Shown piece after piece: positions 49,725 to 61,984 of a stretch of 64,000 bases of DNA. The stretch is taken from NCBI RefSeq assembly GCF_037042905.1, contig NC_087250.1, positions 28,150,001-28,214,000 of the forward strand. Direction: 5' to 3'. Position numbers and translations under genes: made by a program. Source of the DNA: Lytechinus pictus (taxonomy: Eukaryota). Within the stretch, counting starts at the first letter, position 1. Each line of letters opens with the position of its first letter. The notes under the pieces were generated by a model. The model ran no database searches. It saw only the letters and a program-made list of their open reading frames with translations, and had not been told where the DNA came from.

Positions 49725-50804
49725 AGACCCAAGTACTTGATAGAGCAAGTAGCTCTATCGAACGGAGTCAAACTGCATATTTCTGTCTATTGAGCTTAAC
49801 ACAACCATTCTCTATTACAGTTTACTCATCTGATACTGCAATTAAAAGAGTAATTTAAGTCTACAAACAATATGTGTATGTTCAGTAAGCAAAGAAGTCA
49901 TAGATCTAACTTCTTAGTTCAGAACCATAATCAGAAATCATCACATCATATAATATAACGAGGTCAGCTAGAAGCATACCTTACCATGGGCGCCGCCATC
50001 TTGAAATACAATGTTTACTATAGAACGCCCTCTATGTTATCTTTCAAATAATCTACTAAAACTTTCTCTTCAATTCAACAAGTAATCCTAAATCCTGACC
50101 TTTCAAATATCAAGTATTACTTATATTCATTATTCCCAACAATGTCTAGCACCAAAAGTAAACCAGTAAATATCCTCATAATTTGTAAGTTACAACTCGT
50201 CTTTGAACTTGACCGAGATACACTTGCTTTGCTAAAGTCATGAAAGTAAAAGTGACTAAATTCAATCTTAAAACAAGTCATTCTTTTCTCAAAATTTTGT
50301 CCATGATAGTATAGAAACGATTAGTTATTAAATTAATTACATTTTACGGTAATTCTATGCAAAAATAAGATAAAACGACACTTACATCAGCCCTTTCCCA
50401 GGCCTGCTTCGATTGCAGTCCGACCTGCACCAGAACCAGGACGTGCAATAATCTACCCAACGTAAAATGCCAACAAGCAGTGGAGTCACGGAACAACCCC
50501 AAAAAATATCATTCCGCTAAGGATTTGTTAAACTTTGAAACAGCCAATATGAAAAAGATACAAGTATATATATACTGTTTTCACTCAATATTACGAGAAA
50601 ACATATCCTTAAAATCCTTTAAAATACATAACAAGGATTAGAAAATAACTAGAATTATATTTTTCGAGCGTACATACATCGATCATCCTAACCCTATCCA
50701 GTGATCCGGCCGATCAAGAGAATTCCAAACACCTGTACGAAAATAATATGCAAATTAGGCACATTCTTCTCGAGTAACCTAAATGAAAATTCCACTTTCC
50801 GACA
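49725..50804 (-). repeat. Extra partial LTR (first ~1080 nt of the LTR) in tandem with the 3' LTR
   Basis: Duplicates 48646-49724; junction ccgaca|agacccaag. Confidence 0.95.
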
Positions 50805-51450
50805 GTTTCCCCGCTTGAAAATCAATCGACCCGAATGATTTGCTTCAAACCAATGATATAACAATATATACAATAAATTACACTATTTTCTGTACATGGT
50901 CCAATTTGTTTCTTCTATACACACTCTCTGTTACAATTCTTGTCAGTGTAAACAATACATTTTGTGTAGACAGCTTGGATACAGTAAAACTGAATGAACT
51001 ATATTACTCACTCAAAAAAGGAATGTTCTGAAAGCAATCGAAACGTTCAGACTTTTTTTTTCTTTTTCTTTTTTTTTCTAAAAAAAATCTAATTCAATAT
51101 CCTTTTCTTCAAATTTCTTCCCCGCTTGAGTCGTATTATCTCCAAAAGAAATTTTGTGGATTTTTTATTTTTATTTTTTTTTTTTAAATTCAGAATAGTT
51201 ACTCTTTCCACAAGAAAAAAAATGATGTTGAGAATAAATGCAAATTTAATCCTACAAGTCTCGACTCTGACACCAACTCTTTCTTTCTGCTTCAGTAACA
51301 CAGCAAATATCAACTTCTGAAAAAAAAAACAATTTCATCTTGTCTCAAGGATAAATATATATAACAAAAATTGCCAGTGAATCAACTGGAAAATCCAATT
51401 GAAATCGACGGAGGGAGTATACAATCAAAATCGAGGAACTACTTCATCAC

Positions 51451-54400
51451 TCAACCGGGCAATCCAGTTAAAGCCGACGTAGGAAGTCTACCTGGATTTC
51501 TATGAACTCCTCTAGTACTCCGCGTTGATCTACGAAGTGGTGTTGGTTCGACATCAACTCTTGGTGCATTAAAGTCCTCATCATACGTAATAACATATGG
51601 ATATTCATCATCTTCTGAATCTGAGGTATATCGAATAACATCCACTCCTTCATTCTCATCGATACTTGAATATTCAATTCCTTGTTGATCTTCGGGAAGG
51701 ACATCATCTAGATCATCAGCTTCATCTCGTGGATCTAGAATGAGGTGTCTCCTATTTACCCACTTGCTTTCACCACCCGTTGCAGGTCGTATCTCATAGA
51801 CATCATCTTCAGCATTCTTCCTTTCTATCACATAGGCTGTATGATAGAATTTATCAGCTAACTTGTGTCTTTTGGTGAAAGCTTGTCTTCTTAGTAACAC
51901 TCTATTGCCAATACTAAGCATATCCTCTGGGACATAGTCTTTGTGCCGCTCTTCTTCCTTTCTGGCAGCTGCTTGGAGTCTGGATGTGACTACATCACAT
52001 GCTCGCTTCATCAACTTTGCTTGCTTCTCTGTGTACTCTTCATTCCAATCTTGTTCTACATTGCTTAGCAGATGATCAACTGGGATTAGAGGTTCTCGGC
52101 CAAACATTAACAAGTATGGCGTTACTCTAGTCACACGATGTGGGGTGGAATTATACACATGTAGTATATGTTGGATTAACTCAGGCCATCGCCTCCTTTC
52201 CTTCGGGTCGACCGAACGCAACAAGGCACACAACGTCTTATTGAAGCGCTCACACTGTCCGTTTCCGGAAGGATGGTATGGTGTAGTATGTGATTTCTTT
52301 ATGCCATACAATTTGCATAATTCCTGTATCAACAAACTCTCGAACGAACGTCCTTGGTCTGAATGGATTCGGGTAGGAATTCCATAATGCGCGAACCAGT
52401 GATTTCGTAGTGTGCTTGCGACAGTCTCCGCTGTCTGATTCTTACATGGGACAGCTTGGGCAAATTTACTAAAGACATCGGTCATAACTAGTACGTCTTC
52501 GAATCCATCTCTGCCTTTGTCTAACTTCAGGAAGTCAATCGATAGGATTTCTTGGGGACGGAAAGCAAGAAGATGTCTCAGAGGCGGGCGAACACTTGGT
52601 GTAGGGGCTTTTGAAGTTGCACATCTCCAGCACTTCTTGACATACTTCTTCACATCATAGTGTAAGCCTGGCCAAAAACATCTCTTGCGGAGAAGCTCTA
52701 CAGTTCTATGGATACCTTGATGTGCCCACTTGTCATGTGTTGCTTCTAACAACATAGATTGCAGACATTTAGGCACTAGCAGTTGTCTAAACTTGCCTAC
52801 AATAGAGTCATCTACTACTCGATACAGAGCTCCGTTATATTCAGTCAACTTCGACCATTCCTTGACAAAGCCACTCAAACCTGGAAGATTCTTATCATAT
52901 TCTTGACCTGGCTTCCAATTGGAACTCCACATGTTCCACACCTCCTTCAGTACATCATCACTCTTCTGCATGGTACTTAGATCTTCATGAGAATAAGATG
53001 GTAGGACAGTCGACACTGGGTTGGTTGTGATTAGCAAGTCACTAAGAGCTGGAGTCTTTGGGGCATTTACTTCGACATCTGCTCTCACCACTAAGCAAGA
53101 AGCAACCTCTTGAAGTCCAGCCTTCAGCTCTTCAGTCGAAACATTCGCTGGGCATCTACTTAGTGCATCTGCGCATTGATTGGTTCTCCCTGGCTTGTAT
53201 TTCACCTCTATATCATACATTGCCAGCTGGGCAACCCATCGCATTTCAGTCGCATTTAACTTTGCAGTTTTCAAATGGGCAAGTGGGTTGTGATCAGTCC
53301 AGATCACTGTGTGCGAGCCTTGAATGTAGGGACCAAACTTATCCGTTACTGCCCACTTGAGCGCAAGCAACTCTAACTTGAAACTGGACAGATCAGGATA
53401 CTTCTTTTCCGATCCTCTAAGTCCTCTGCTTGCATAGGCTACTGGATGAACTTTCCCGTCATTCTCTTGAAGAAGGCAAGCTCCAAGACCTCTAGTACTC
53501 GCATCAACCTCAATGATGAAATTCCTGTCAAATCTAGGGTGAGCTAGAACTGGCGCTGTGGTTAGTGTTCTCTTCAGTTCTTGGAAGGCCGTTTCCTCCT
53601 CATCGTCCCACTTGAACGTAGCTTGTTCCCTCTTCTTCCCTTTCTGGCTTGAACCTGTGAGTGCATGTAAGGGGGCTGCTATCTTTGAGAAGTTAGGGAT
53701 GAAGCGTCTATAGTAAGATGCCAATCCTAAGAATGACCTCAACTCCTTAGCATCATTGGGAACAGGCCATGTCGCCACTCTCTCTACTTTATCTTGGTCT
53801 ACAGCTATACCATCATTAGATACAATGTGACCCAGGTATCGAACTTCTCTCTGAAACAGATCACATTTCTTTCCCTTGACCTTGAGTCCATGTTCATGCA
53901 ACCTTGAAAGAACTGTATCTAGACGACGTAGGTGCTCTTCAAATGTCTCTGAGAATATCAAGATGTCATCCAAATAGAGTAGTATCTGAGACAAATTCAA
54001 ATCACCTAATATGCACTCCATCACTCGTTGGAATGTAGATGGGCTATTGGTAAGACCTTGGGGCATCTTTATAAACTCATACAGACCCCATGGGACTCGA
54101 AAGGCGGTCTTATCAATTGAGTCCTTATCCATCACGACTTGGAAGTAACCATGTGCTAAATCCAAAGTTGAGAAATACTTCGACCCAGACAATGCTTCCA
54201 CAGTCTCTTCAATTCTTGGTAGCGGGAATGAATCTTTCACTGTACGGTCATTTAACTTGCGATAATCTATGCATAGCCTCAAACTACCATCCTTCTTTCT
54301 AACCAATACGATAGGGCTGGCAAAGCTACTCTTTGAAGGACGTATAATCTTCTGGTCTACCATCTCTTGTAGCATCTCTTTCACTTCTTTTACTTGCAAA

Positions 54401-56103
54401 GGGTGAATTCTCCTGTATGGTAACCTAATATCTGGACCTTCAGTCAATCGGATCTCATGTGGAATGAGGTCACATACACCTACATCATATGATCCCTTAG
54501 AGAATACATTCTTGTGCTTATGCAGTAAGCTAGCTACAGCTGCCTCTTCAACTGGGTCTAGGCCTTTTATCTCTACGCCTGGAGGTAGGGTGTCTTCAAT
54601 TACGGTATAAATTCGAACAGAACCAATGTGAACATCAGTTTCTTGCTCTTGGTTACGGGATTCTTTCTTCAACTTATCATACAGTGGCTTGTATTCTGCT
54701 ATGTGTTGCAATATGTTGGAGCCAAGAAGGATTGGGTACCTCATATGTTCCACAGTAGGTGCTCGATCTGACACTACCAGAAAATTACCCATCAATTCTT
54801 CTCCTTTCACCTTGATTGGTAACCCAACATAACCAACAATAGGCAACTCTACCCCTCCAACTCCAATCACGTGCAGAAAGATTCCTTCGCTCTTCTGAAG
54901 CTCTCCAATACGACACTTCAGCTTGCTCTCATACAAGGACAAAGGTATGATAGATGCTTCGGCTCCTGTATCAACTACACAGCCAATCTCTACTCCTCCA
55001 ATGAGAATGTTACAGCATGGACTTTTAGCAACAAATCTCTCAACAAGGTTTGATTTAGCTTTCTCTTTAGACTCTGCTGGTCCCACAGTCCCTAAATTGG
55101 CAGTTGGTACATAATGCGATGTAGGACTGGCACTAGTTTCAGACGTGGGATGATTGCTAACTGTACTCTTCTTCGGACACTCTCTACCCATGTGACCAGT
55201 CTGATGACAGTTAAAACAGACCACTTCTTCTGTACAGTCTTTCTTTGTGTGTCCTTCTCTAAGACAGTTGTAACACTTGAGTTTCTTCTTGATCTTCTTA
55301 GGAGTTTGAGTATACTGAGTAAGAGCCTGAACACTCTTGGCAATCTGAGCTACTTCTCTTCTTAGATCTGCCAATTCAGCTTTGACATCCGACTGTTCCT
55401 GTTCTTCCTCTTGCTTGGGAAAACTAGAACACATGTCAGCACGCTCAGCATACACTTCATGAACTCGTGGTGAACTTCTTGGTTCTTGACCAGAGAAAAA
55501 TTCAAGCACTTCAGATCTCATCTCAAGAAAGTTCTTACTCTTTGAAGACATTTCAATTCGTCTTAACTCTCGTTGTACCCACTTCTCTTTAGCTCCACAA
55601 ACGAAACGTTCTTTCAGCGAGCTATCTTTGAGCCTCTTCAAAGCATTCTTATCTTCTGTACTGGAAGCAGCTTTCTCCATGCGATCGTACAACCTCATCA
55701 AGGCCCGGCTGTAGTCGGCCAAACTCTCGCCCTCTTGTTGTCGTCTATTGTAGAAGGATTGACTTAGTGAAGGTACCGACTCTGACGCTGCAAAGAGTGA
55801 CTGTAAAACGTTGATAATTTGATCACTATCCTTTCGCACATCCTCATCTCGGCATAGAACCTCTTCTTTGGCAACTCCAGCCAAATGATCTACAAGCGAC
55901 TGTGCTTTTGCCTCTCCAGACAACTGATAGTGAGTAGTATAACTGGAAAACTCTTCAAGTCACTCTTCCAGAGATAAGTCTCCAGCGACTTTAGGTGGAC
56001 CCTTAAATTTAGACAATTTCACTGGTGGGGGAGCACGTTGAATATTCAAGCCTTGCAGTGCCTGGGTAAGGACTGACACCATTTCCTCTACAGACTGTGA
56101 CAT
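51451..56103 (-). pseudogene. gag-pol: Gag-Pol single frame (~1550 aa) with an in-frame TGA at codon 48
   Basis: ATG at 56103 (MSQSVEEM..KLSKFKG..SLEE*LEEF), stop at 55962-55960, then the 1490-aa ORF: two CCHC knuckles, VDTGA, YLDD, VDAS/WTDH, HHCC, DDE. Confidence 0.9.
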
Positions 56104-56413
56104 CGTTACAAGGGCTATATAATTCTACAAAGGGGAGAGAAGGTCTATGCACATGTATAAAGTGGTGTAAATCAATGAACAATCAAAAATTAACTCTACT
56201 CATAGTTATCTAAGATTACCTAAACCACCTTTAACTCATTACCAAATGTTCATGTGTTGACCATTCCCTCTCCGAAGTAAGAACGTTAAAGTCTCTTGGA
56301 TGTGTAGAACTTCACTGCCATCATCCTAGTTGGTCGCTGACCTCTGGACGATAGACTTCAATCGCTGACTTTGGGGTTGATCGCTGACATCGGAACACAG
56401 CCATAATCTGATG

Positions 56414-56431
56414 ATCCCATCCTCGTCGCCA
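56414..56431 (-). other. Primer-binding site of element B, tRNA-Ser(GCT)
   Basis: TGGCGACGAGGATGGGAT, complementary to the conserved metazoan tRNA-Ser(GCT) 3' end ATCCCATCCTCGTCGCCA; 3 nt from the LTR. Confidence 0.85.
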
Positions 56432-58388
56432 TTTTGTCGGGGGGTGGGTTGAGTTAGCCCATTAAGACCGTAACGGAGCAAACTTTACAGATGCTACGGG
56501 ACACCAGATCTGAGCTTCTTTGACTTTATTGAGGTTTGCCAAAACCAACAAAATGAAAGGAGTAACAAAACAACAACCCTGCAATGACAGAAATGAAATA
56601 AGATTATCAATAACACCATTTCAAAAACATGTCATTAGCACTTGCATCACACAATGTACATAATAGACTGCAGATATTGGATACATGGCAAAATATTGAT
56701 ATTGAAAGTGGGGTGTATTCATCTCTATCATTTACTGAAATGATAAAATACATGCATTCCTCAAAAACAGCTTGTAAATATTATCGTTGTAGCTATCATC
56801 TCAAAACTATGTAGTAGTTGTAATAAGCATATTACTCATATTTAGTCAGATGACATAAGAATGCATCATACACTGTATACATCACGATATTCTATTAAAA
56901 TGAATCATTTATACACAGAAATAGAAGAGTCCATGTAATTAATGCCTACCCAAAGTCAGAGGCTACTGGTGGTTACACACCACCTACATCACCCAGGATA
57001 CCACAAAGGAGTAGCAGCTTCTACATTATTCGAAATCTCGATGAGGATCAAATGAGTCGGACCAGCTATAATTAAAGAAAGCAACAATCGTAACCATAAG
57101 ATAATCATAACTCCAACTCATGATAAAATTGCTTAGAATTCCCTAAATTAATAGTTAAAAAAATATTATATTTCTCAAACAATTCTACTACTTTCAGTGT
57201 GGATAATGATTGGTAATGATATACTCACAAATATCTAATGTTTTCTTTTTGCACGAATAAATAATCCAATTAGTAAAAACTATGTTCATTAATTCCAAAG
57301 TTTTGATCAAGACCCAAGTACTTGATAGAGCAAGTAGCTCTATCGAACGGAGTCAAACTGCATATTTCTGTCTATTGAGCTTAACACAACCATTCTCTAT
57401 TACAATTTACTCATCTGATACTGCAATTAAAAGAGTAATTTAAGTCTACAAACAATATGTGTATGTTCAGTAAGCAAAGAAGTCATAGATCTAACTTCTT
57501 AGTTCAGAACCATAATCAGAAATCATCACATCATATAATATAACGAGGTCAGCTAGAAGCATACCTTACCATGGGCGCCGCCATCTTGAAATACAATGTT
57601 TACTATAGAACGCCCTCTATGTTATCTTTCAAATAATCTACTAAAATTTTCTCTTCAATTCAACAAGTAATCCTAAATTTCTGACCTTTCAAATATCAAG
57701 TATTACTTATATTCATTATTCCCAACAATGTCTAGCACCAAAAGTAAACCAGTAAATATCCTCATAATTTGTAAGTTACAACTCGTCTTTGAACTTGACC
57801 GAGATACACTTGCTTTGCTAAAGTCATGAAAGTAAAAGTGACTAAATTCAATCTTAAAACAAGTCATTCTTTTCTCAAAATTTTGTCCATGATAGTATAG
57901 AAACGATTAGTTATTAAATTAATTACATTTTACGGTAATTCTATGCAAAAATAAGATAAAACGACACTTACATCAGCCCTTTCCCAGGCCTGCTTCGATT
58001 GCAGTCCGACCTGCACCAGAACCAGGACGTGCAATAATCTACCCAACGTAAAATGCCAACAAGCAGTGGAGTCACGGAACCACCCCAAAAAATATCATTC
58101 CGCTAAGGATTTGTTAAACTTTGAAACAGCCAATATGAAAAAGATACAAGTATATATACTGTTTTCACTCAATATTACGAGAAAACAAATCCTTAAAATC
58201 CTTTAAAATACATAACAAGGATTAGAAAATAACTAGAATTATATTTTTCGAGCGTACATACATCGATCATCCTAACCCTATCCAGTGATCCGGCCGATCA
58301 AGAGAATTCCAAACACCTGTACGAAAATAATATGCAAATTAGGCACATTCTTCTCGAGTAACCTAAATGAAAATTCCACTTTCCGACA

Positions 58389-58389
58389 T

Positions 58390-58457
<68 letters not shown>

Positions 58458-58463
58458 TATATA
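58389..58463. repeat. (TA)n microsatellite, target of element B
   Basis: TA run continuous with 47761-47770 when element B is removed. Confidence 0.9.
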
Positions 58464-59149
58464 GTAAACAATAAAAACAATAAAAAACTTTATTGGCAAT
58501 GAAAGCATTATCTTCAGCATTATTTTGTTATATATAATTAAATTGGGAGTTGGGAGAAACTAATGGCCAAACACAGATTTCCAAACTTTTTGAGGTTTTT
58601 TACACATCAAAAGAGTAAGTCCCCCCTTAAACAAACATCAATAATTTCGGAACCAGTGCGAGTTTTTAATATATTTTACATGAGCGTGTAGGTAGTTTTA
58701 TGAGCTACCATCTGAGTAAATGTTATGGACGTATTTTACGTCATACTTCAGTGAGCTCCGTCAAAAGGCAAAAATGTCACTTTTCAAAAGTCACAAGCCA
58801 AATATCATTACTTTGATTCCATTTTATTGGAACCAATTCCACATTCTCATCATGGAAAATAGTCAGAAGGCTTGTAAAAGGTACTTTCTAAAAGACAATA
58901 CAACTTTTTTGGCTAAATTTCATGGTTGAATAAACACAAGTCCAAATTTGCTATAATTTGATTTTTACACATTTCTATCAATAAAAATGATAGAATATGA
59001 TGACAGTTATTTTTAGGAAGAGTATCTTCAACAATATTCATCGTTTCACGATTCAATGAACATTTATTGAAAACAAAAATACAATTTCAAATATCATAGG
59101 CACGTATTGTTTCATTTTGGTAACTGAAAATGACCTTTTCGCATCATCT

Positions 59150-60145
59150 TCAAAATCCTTCTCCTTGTATTCCATGCAATTAATGGCTCTGCTCCACAGT
59201 ACAATATTAATCTAATCAGCAAATACACTCCAGTCAGGTCCCTACGTTCATCAAACTCTGGTTCCCTAGTTATTCCTAAATCCGTTAAGACATGGGGGGT
59301 TCGGGCTTTTTCTCACGCTGGCCCTGTTCTCTGGAACGATCTTCCCCTGACAATCCGTGAATGCACGTCCATTGACAAATTTAAACATTACCTTAAAGGA
59401 GAATGAAACTCTTGGAGCAAGTTAGCTTTTGTGAAAGCAGAAAAATAAAAGAATAAGATCAACAAAAGTTTGAGTAAAATAGGACTAGCAATAGAAGAGT
59501 TATGAGCATTTGAATGTCGAGATCACTAATGTCATGGAGATCCTCCCATTGGCAATGCGACCAAGATCTATGATGTCACAGATGAACAACTCTTCCCTTT
59601 TGGACACTGAAAATATACCCCAAAACATCTCTTTTTGCTCATTCTAATCATATGACAAACAATTCATCAATGATATAATGTTGTGAAACCTCTGTACTTG
59701 TCCTCTCATAAAGAGGACACCTCACCTTGTGATAGACTCTATAAAAGTGAGAATATAAGTGAAATAAGTACTAAAGTAATGAGGGAGTTGTACGTGTGTG
59801 ACATCACAGATCTTGGTCGCATTGCCAATGGGGGGATCTACATGGCATTAGTGATCTCAATATTAAAACGCTCATAACTTTCTTATTATTCATTCAATCT
59901 TCCTCAAACTTTCAACATTATGTTTCTTTGATTTTTGTCTTTGATATGGATTCAGCTGGTTGAAGGGTTTCATTCTCCTTTAAGACTCGTCTATTCAATG
60001 CCTCTTACTCTTAATTGTTCCTGAATCTATTACTATTATATTTGTACTTTTTCTCTTTCTTTCTTCTTTCACTGCGCCTTGGGCACTCTGCCGAGTGGAT
60101 TTGGCGCATTACAAATCACATATATTATTATTATTGTTATTATTT
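59150..60145 (+). mobile_element. L2-type LINE 3' fragment interrupted by a TTAA MITE
   Basis: YTPVRSLRSS...WGVRAFSHAGPVLWNDLP...FKHYL|KTRLF resumes after 59983; (tta)n tail at ~60122-60142. Confidence 0.85.
59397..59979. mobile_element. TTAA-targeting MITE (Kolobok-like)
   Basis: TTAA|aggagaatgaaac ... gtttcattctcct|TTAA; long inverted arms (59520-59582 vs 59797-59860). Confidence 0.85.
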
Positions 60146-60379
60146 TCTAAACTTTTTCGTTATTTTCATGACCAATTATAATGCTTCAATGATTCAAAGG
60201 CGTTTAATTAAACATTCACGCTTGAATGAACATGTGGAATGTGATTAGCCCTTTTTTACGTTTTTGGAAAAAAATGCAATTTGTAACTATGGATATCTGT
60301 AACAAACCTAAATGCATAGTTCATTTGATTTGATTTTTATGAAAATCCCGATGTTTAATGCATAAATGAGCACACAATA

Positions 60380-61621
60380 TCAAATCAGGGAATATTGTTA
60401 TGTTTGCTGATGATGCAACGTTGTGTGTTAGTGGTAGTATTATAGAATTTGTAGAAATTCAGCTTAACTCTGCAATGAAGGAAGTATATAGGTGGACATG
60501 CAAAAACAGATTGATATTAAATGATAAAAACAAAAACAAAGTAATGCTTCTTGGTTCTAGACAGCGGTTATCAACCTTGCGGGCCAAAACACTATCTGTA
60601 ATAATAAATAACACCAGTTTAGAGTGTGTATCACAGCACAAATGTTTGGGCGTGATAATTGATGATAGTTTGACATTAAAAAACCATGTTGATTCAATTG
60701 TAAAAGTAATGAAACAAAAGCTTGGTTTAATTAGAAGAAACAAACATATATTTAATGTGGAACAACTTAAACGATTATACATAGGGTTGATTCTCTCTCA
60801 TGCAATGTATTATTCAAATGTGTGGTCATATAGATCTGAATCTAATTATAATACGGTGCAAAAACTCCATAAACGTGCAGCTTACATTGTGAGCGGTTAT
60901 ACATGGGAAACCCCATCAGAGCGTGTTTTTTTTTTTTTTTCAATTTTTCTACTGGTCTTCTTTAAAAGAATTGTACAGGAAATCTACATTATATATAGTA
61001 TACAAAAATGGATTAGCTCAACATTTATTAAGTACCAAATTTATTTTTAATGATAATGTATCAGTGCGTAAGACACGAAGAACTAATAGATTAATGCTAC
61101 GAGCCCCGAAATTAAAAACGCAGTACTACAAAAACACATTTATACCGGTAGGCATAAGTGAATGGAACTGTTTATCTCAAGACACACGATCTGCTCAATC
61201 ATTAGCAATATTCAAACGACTTATGAATTCTTAAAAATATTCCCACACCATTTGTATCTTATTTGTATAATTTGTTTTCGCTCATGTCAATATGTAATCA
61301 TAATGTTAAATTAATTATTATATGTTACAAGTAAGTAACGACTCAGCAGAATGTGATGGGGCCAAGTGTGTAGGTGGGTGGGTTTGGGTGCTTCTGTGTG
61401 TTTCTGATGAATCTGATGATGGCACTGAGGGTTGGGATTTTTAAAGATTTATTTCTTGTATATTTTGCATATTATGTACTTTATAATTTGTATGCATTTT
61501 GAATACAGGGCCCGATTGCAAACCAGCTTTTTATCTTTGTTCATGTTTTTTTTTTCGTGTATAGCTGAATAGGTTACCCTGTATAAGGATGTGAAATGAA
61601 TAAATAAATAAATAAATAAAA
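60380..61621 (+). mobile_element. 5'-truncated CR1/L2-group LINE (RT C-terminal half, frameshifted at a poly-T run) with (AAAT)n tail
   Basis: MFADDATL, KCLGVIIDDSL, YYSNVWS, then KNTFIPVGISEWNCL in another frame; tail at 61598-61621. Confidence 0.85.
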
Positions 61622-61689
61622 ACTCAACCGACGGTCCGAACTAATCATTACATGCCGTCACAAAAGAAGGAACAAAGAACCGCCGGACC

Positions 61690-61967
61690 GTGAAATGCAT
61701 CCATTGCCCCAACCGAGGGCCCCCAGCATATCCAATTCCTGATGAGCCGCCTGTGACCGAGGGGCGAAACCATTGGTAGACCAGAGGTGAGGAAAATTTC
61801 TACAACGCTCTTATCTGCTTCAGTTGAAACATCGAGTACTTTCCCTGAACTTGACTTGATACATTTCAATTTAATTTGTATTGCCTCGCTCCCACTCACG
61901 GTTGAGCCCTGTATTTATCAAAAATCGGCACAGTAACCTTCTATTGGAGCAATGGATGCATTTCACA
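61690..61967. mobile_element. Small element with inverted ends
   Basis: gtgaaatgcatccattgccccaa / ttggagcaatggatgcatttcac. Confidence 0.6.
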
Positions 61968-61984
61968 TGATTTACTCCGGAAAA

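Larger units (their letters stand above)
47771..58388 (-). mobile_element. Full-length Ty3/gypsy LTR retrotransposon (element B) with 1954-bp LTRs
   Basis: LTRs 47771-49724 and 56435-58388 (TGTCGG...CCGACA), about 99% identical by eye; TSD TATA; PBS 56414-56431; PPT near 50805-50820; single gag-pol frame. Confidence 0.97.

Noticed and set aside
50805..51450. Possible env or extra ORF between pol and the 3' LTR of element B
   Set aside because: Only ~650 bp, AT-rich with homopolymer runs and ORFs under 75 aa.
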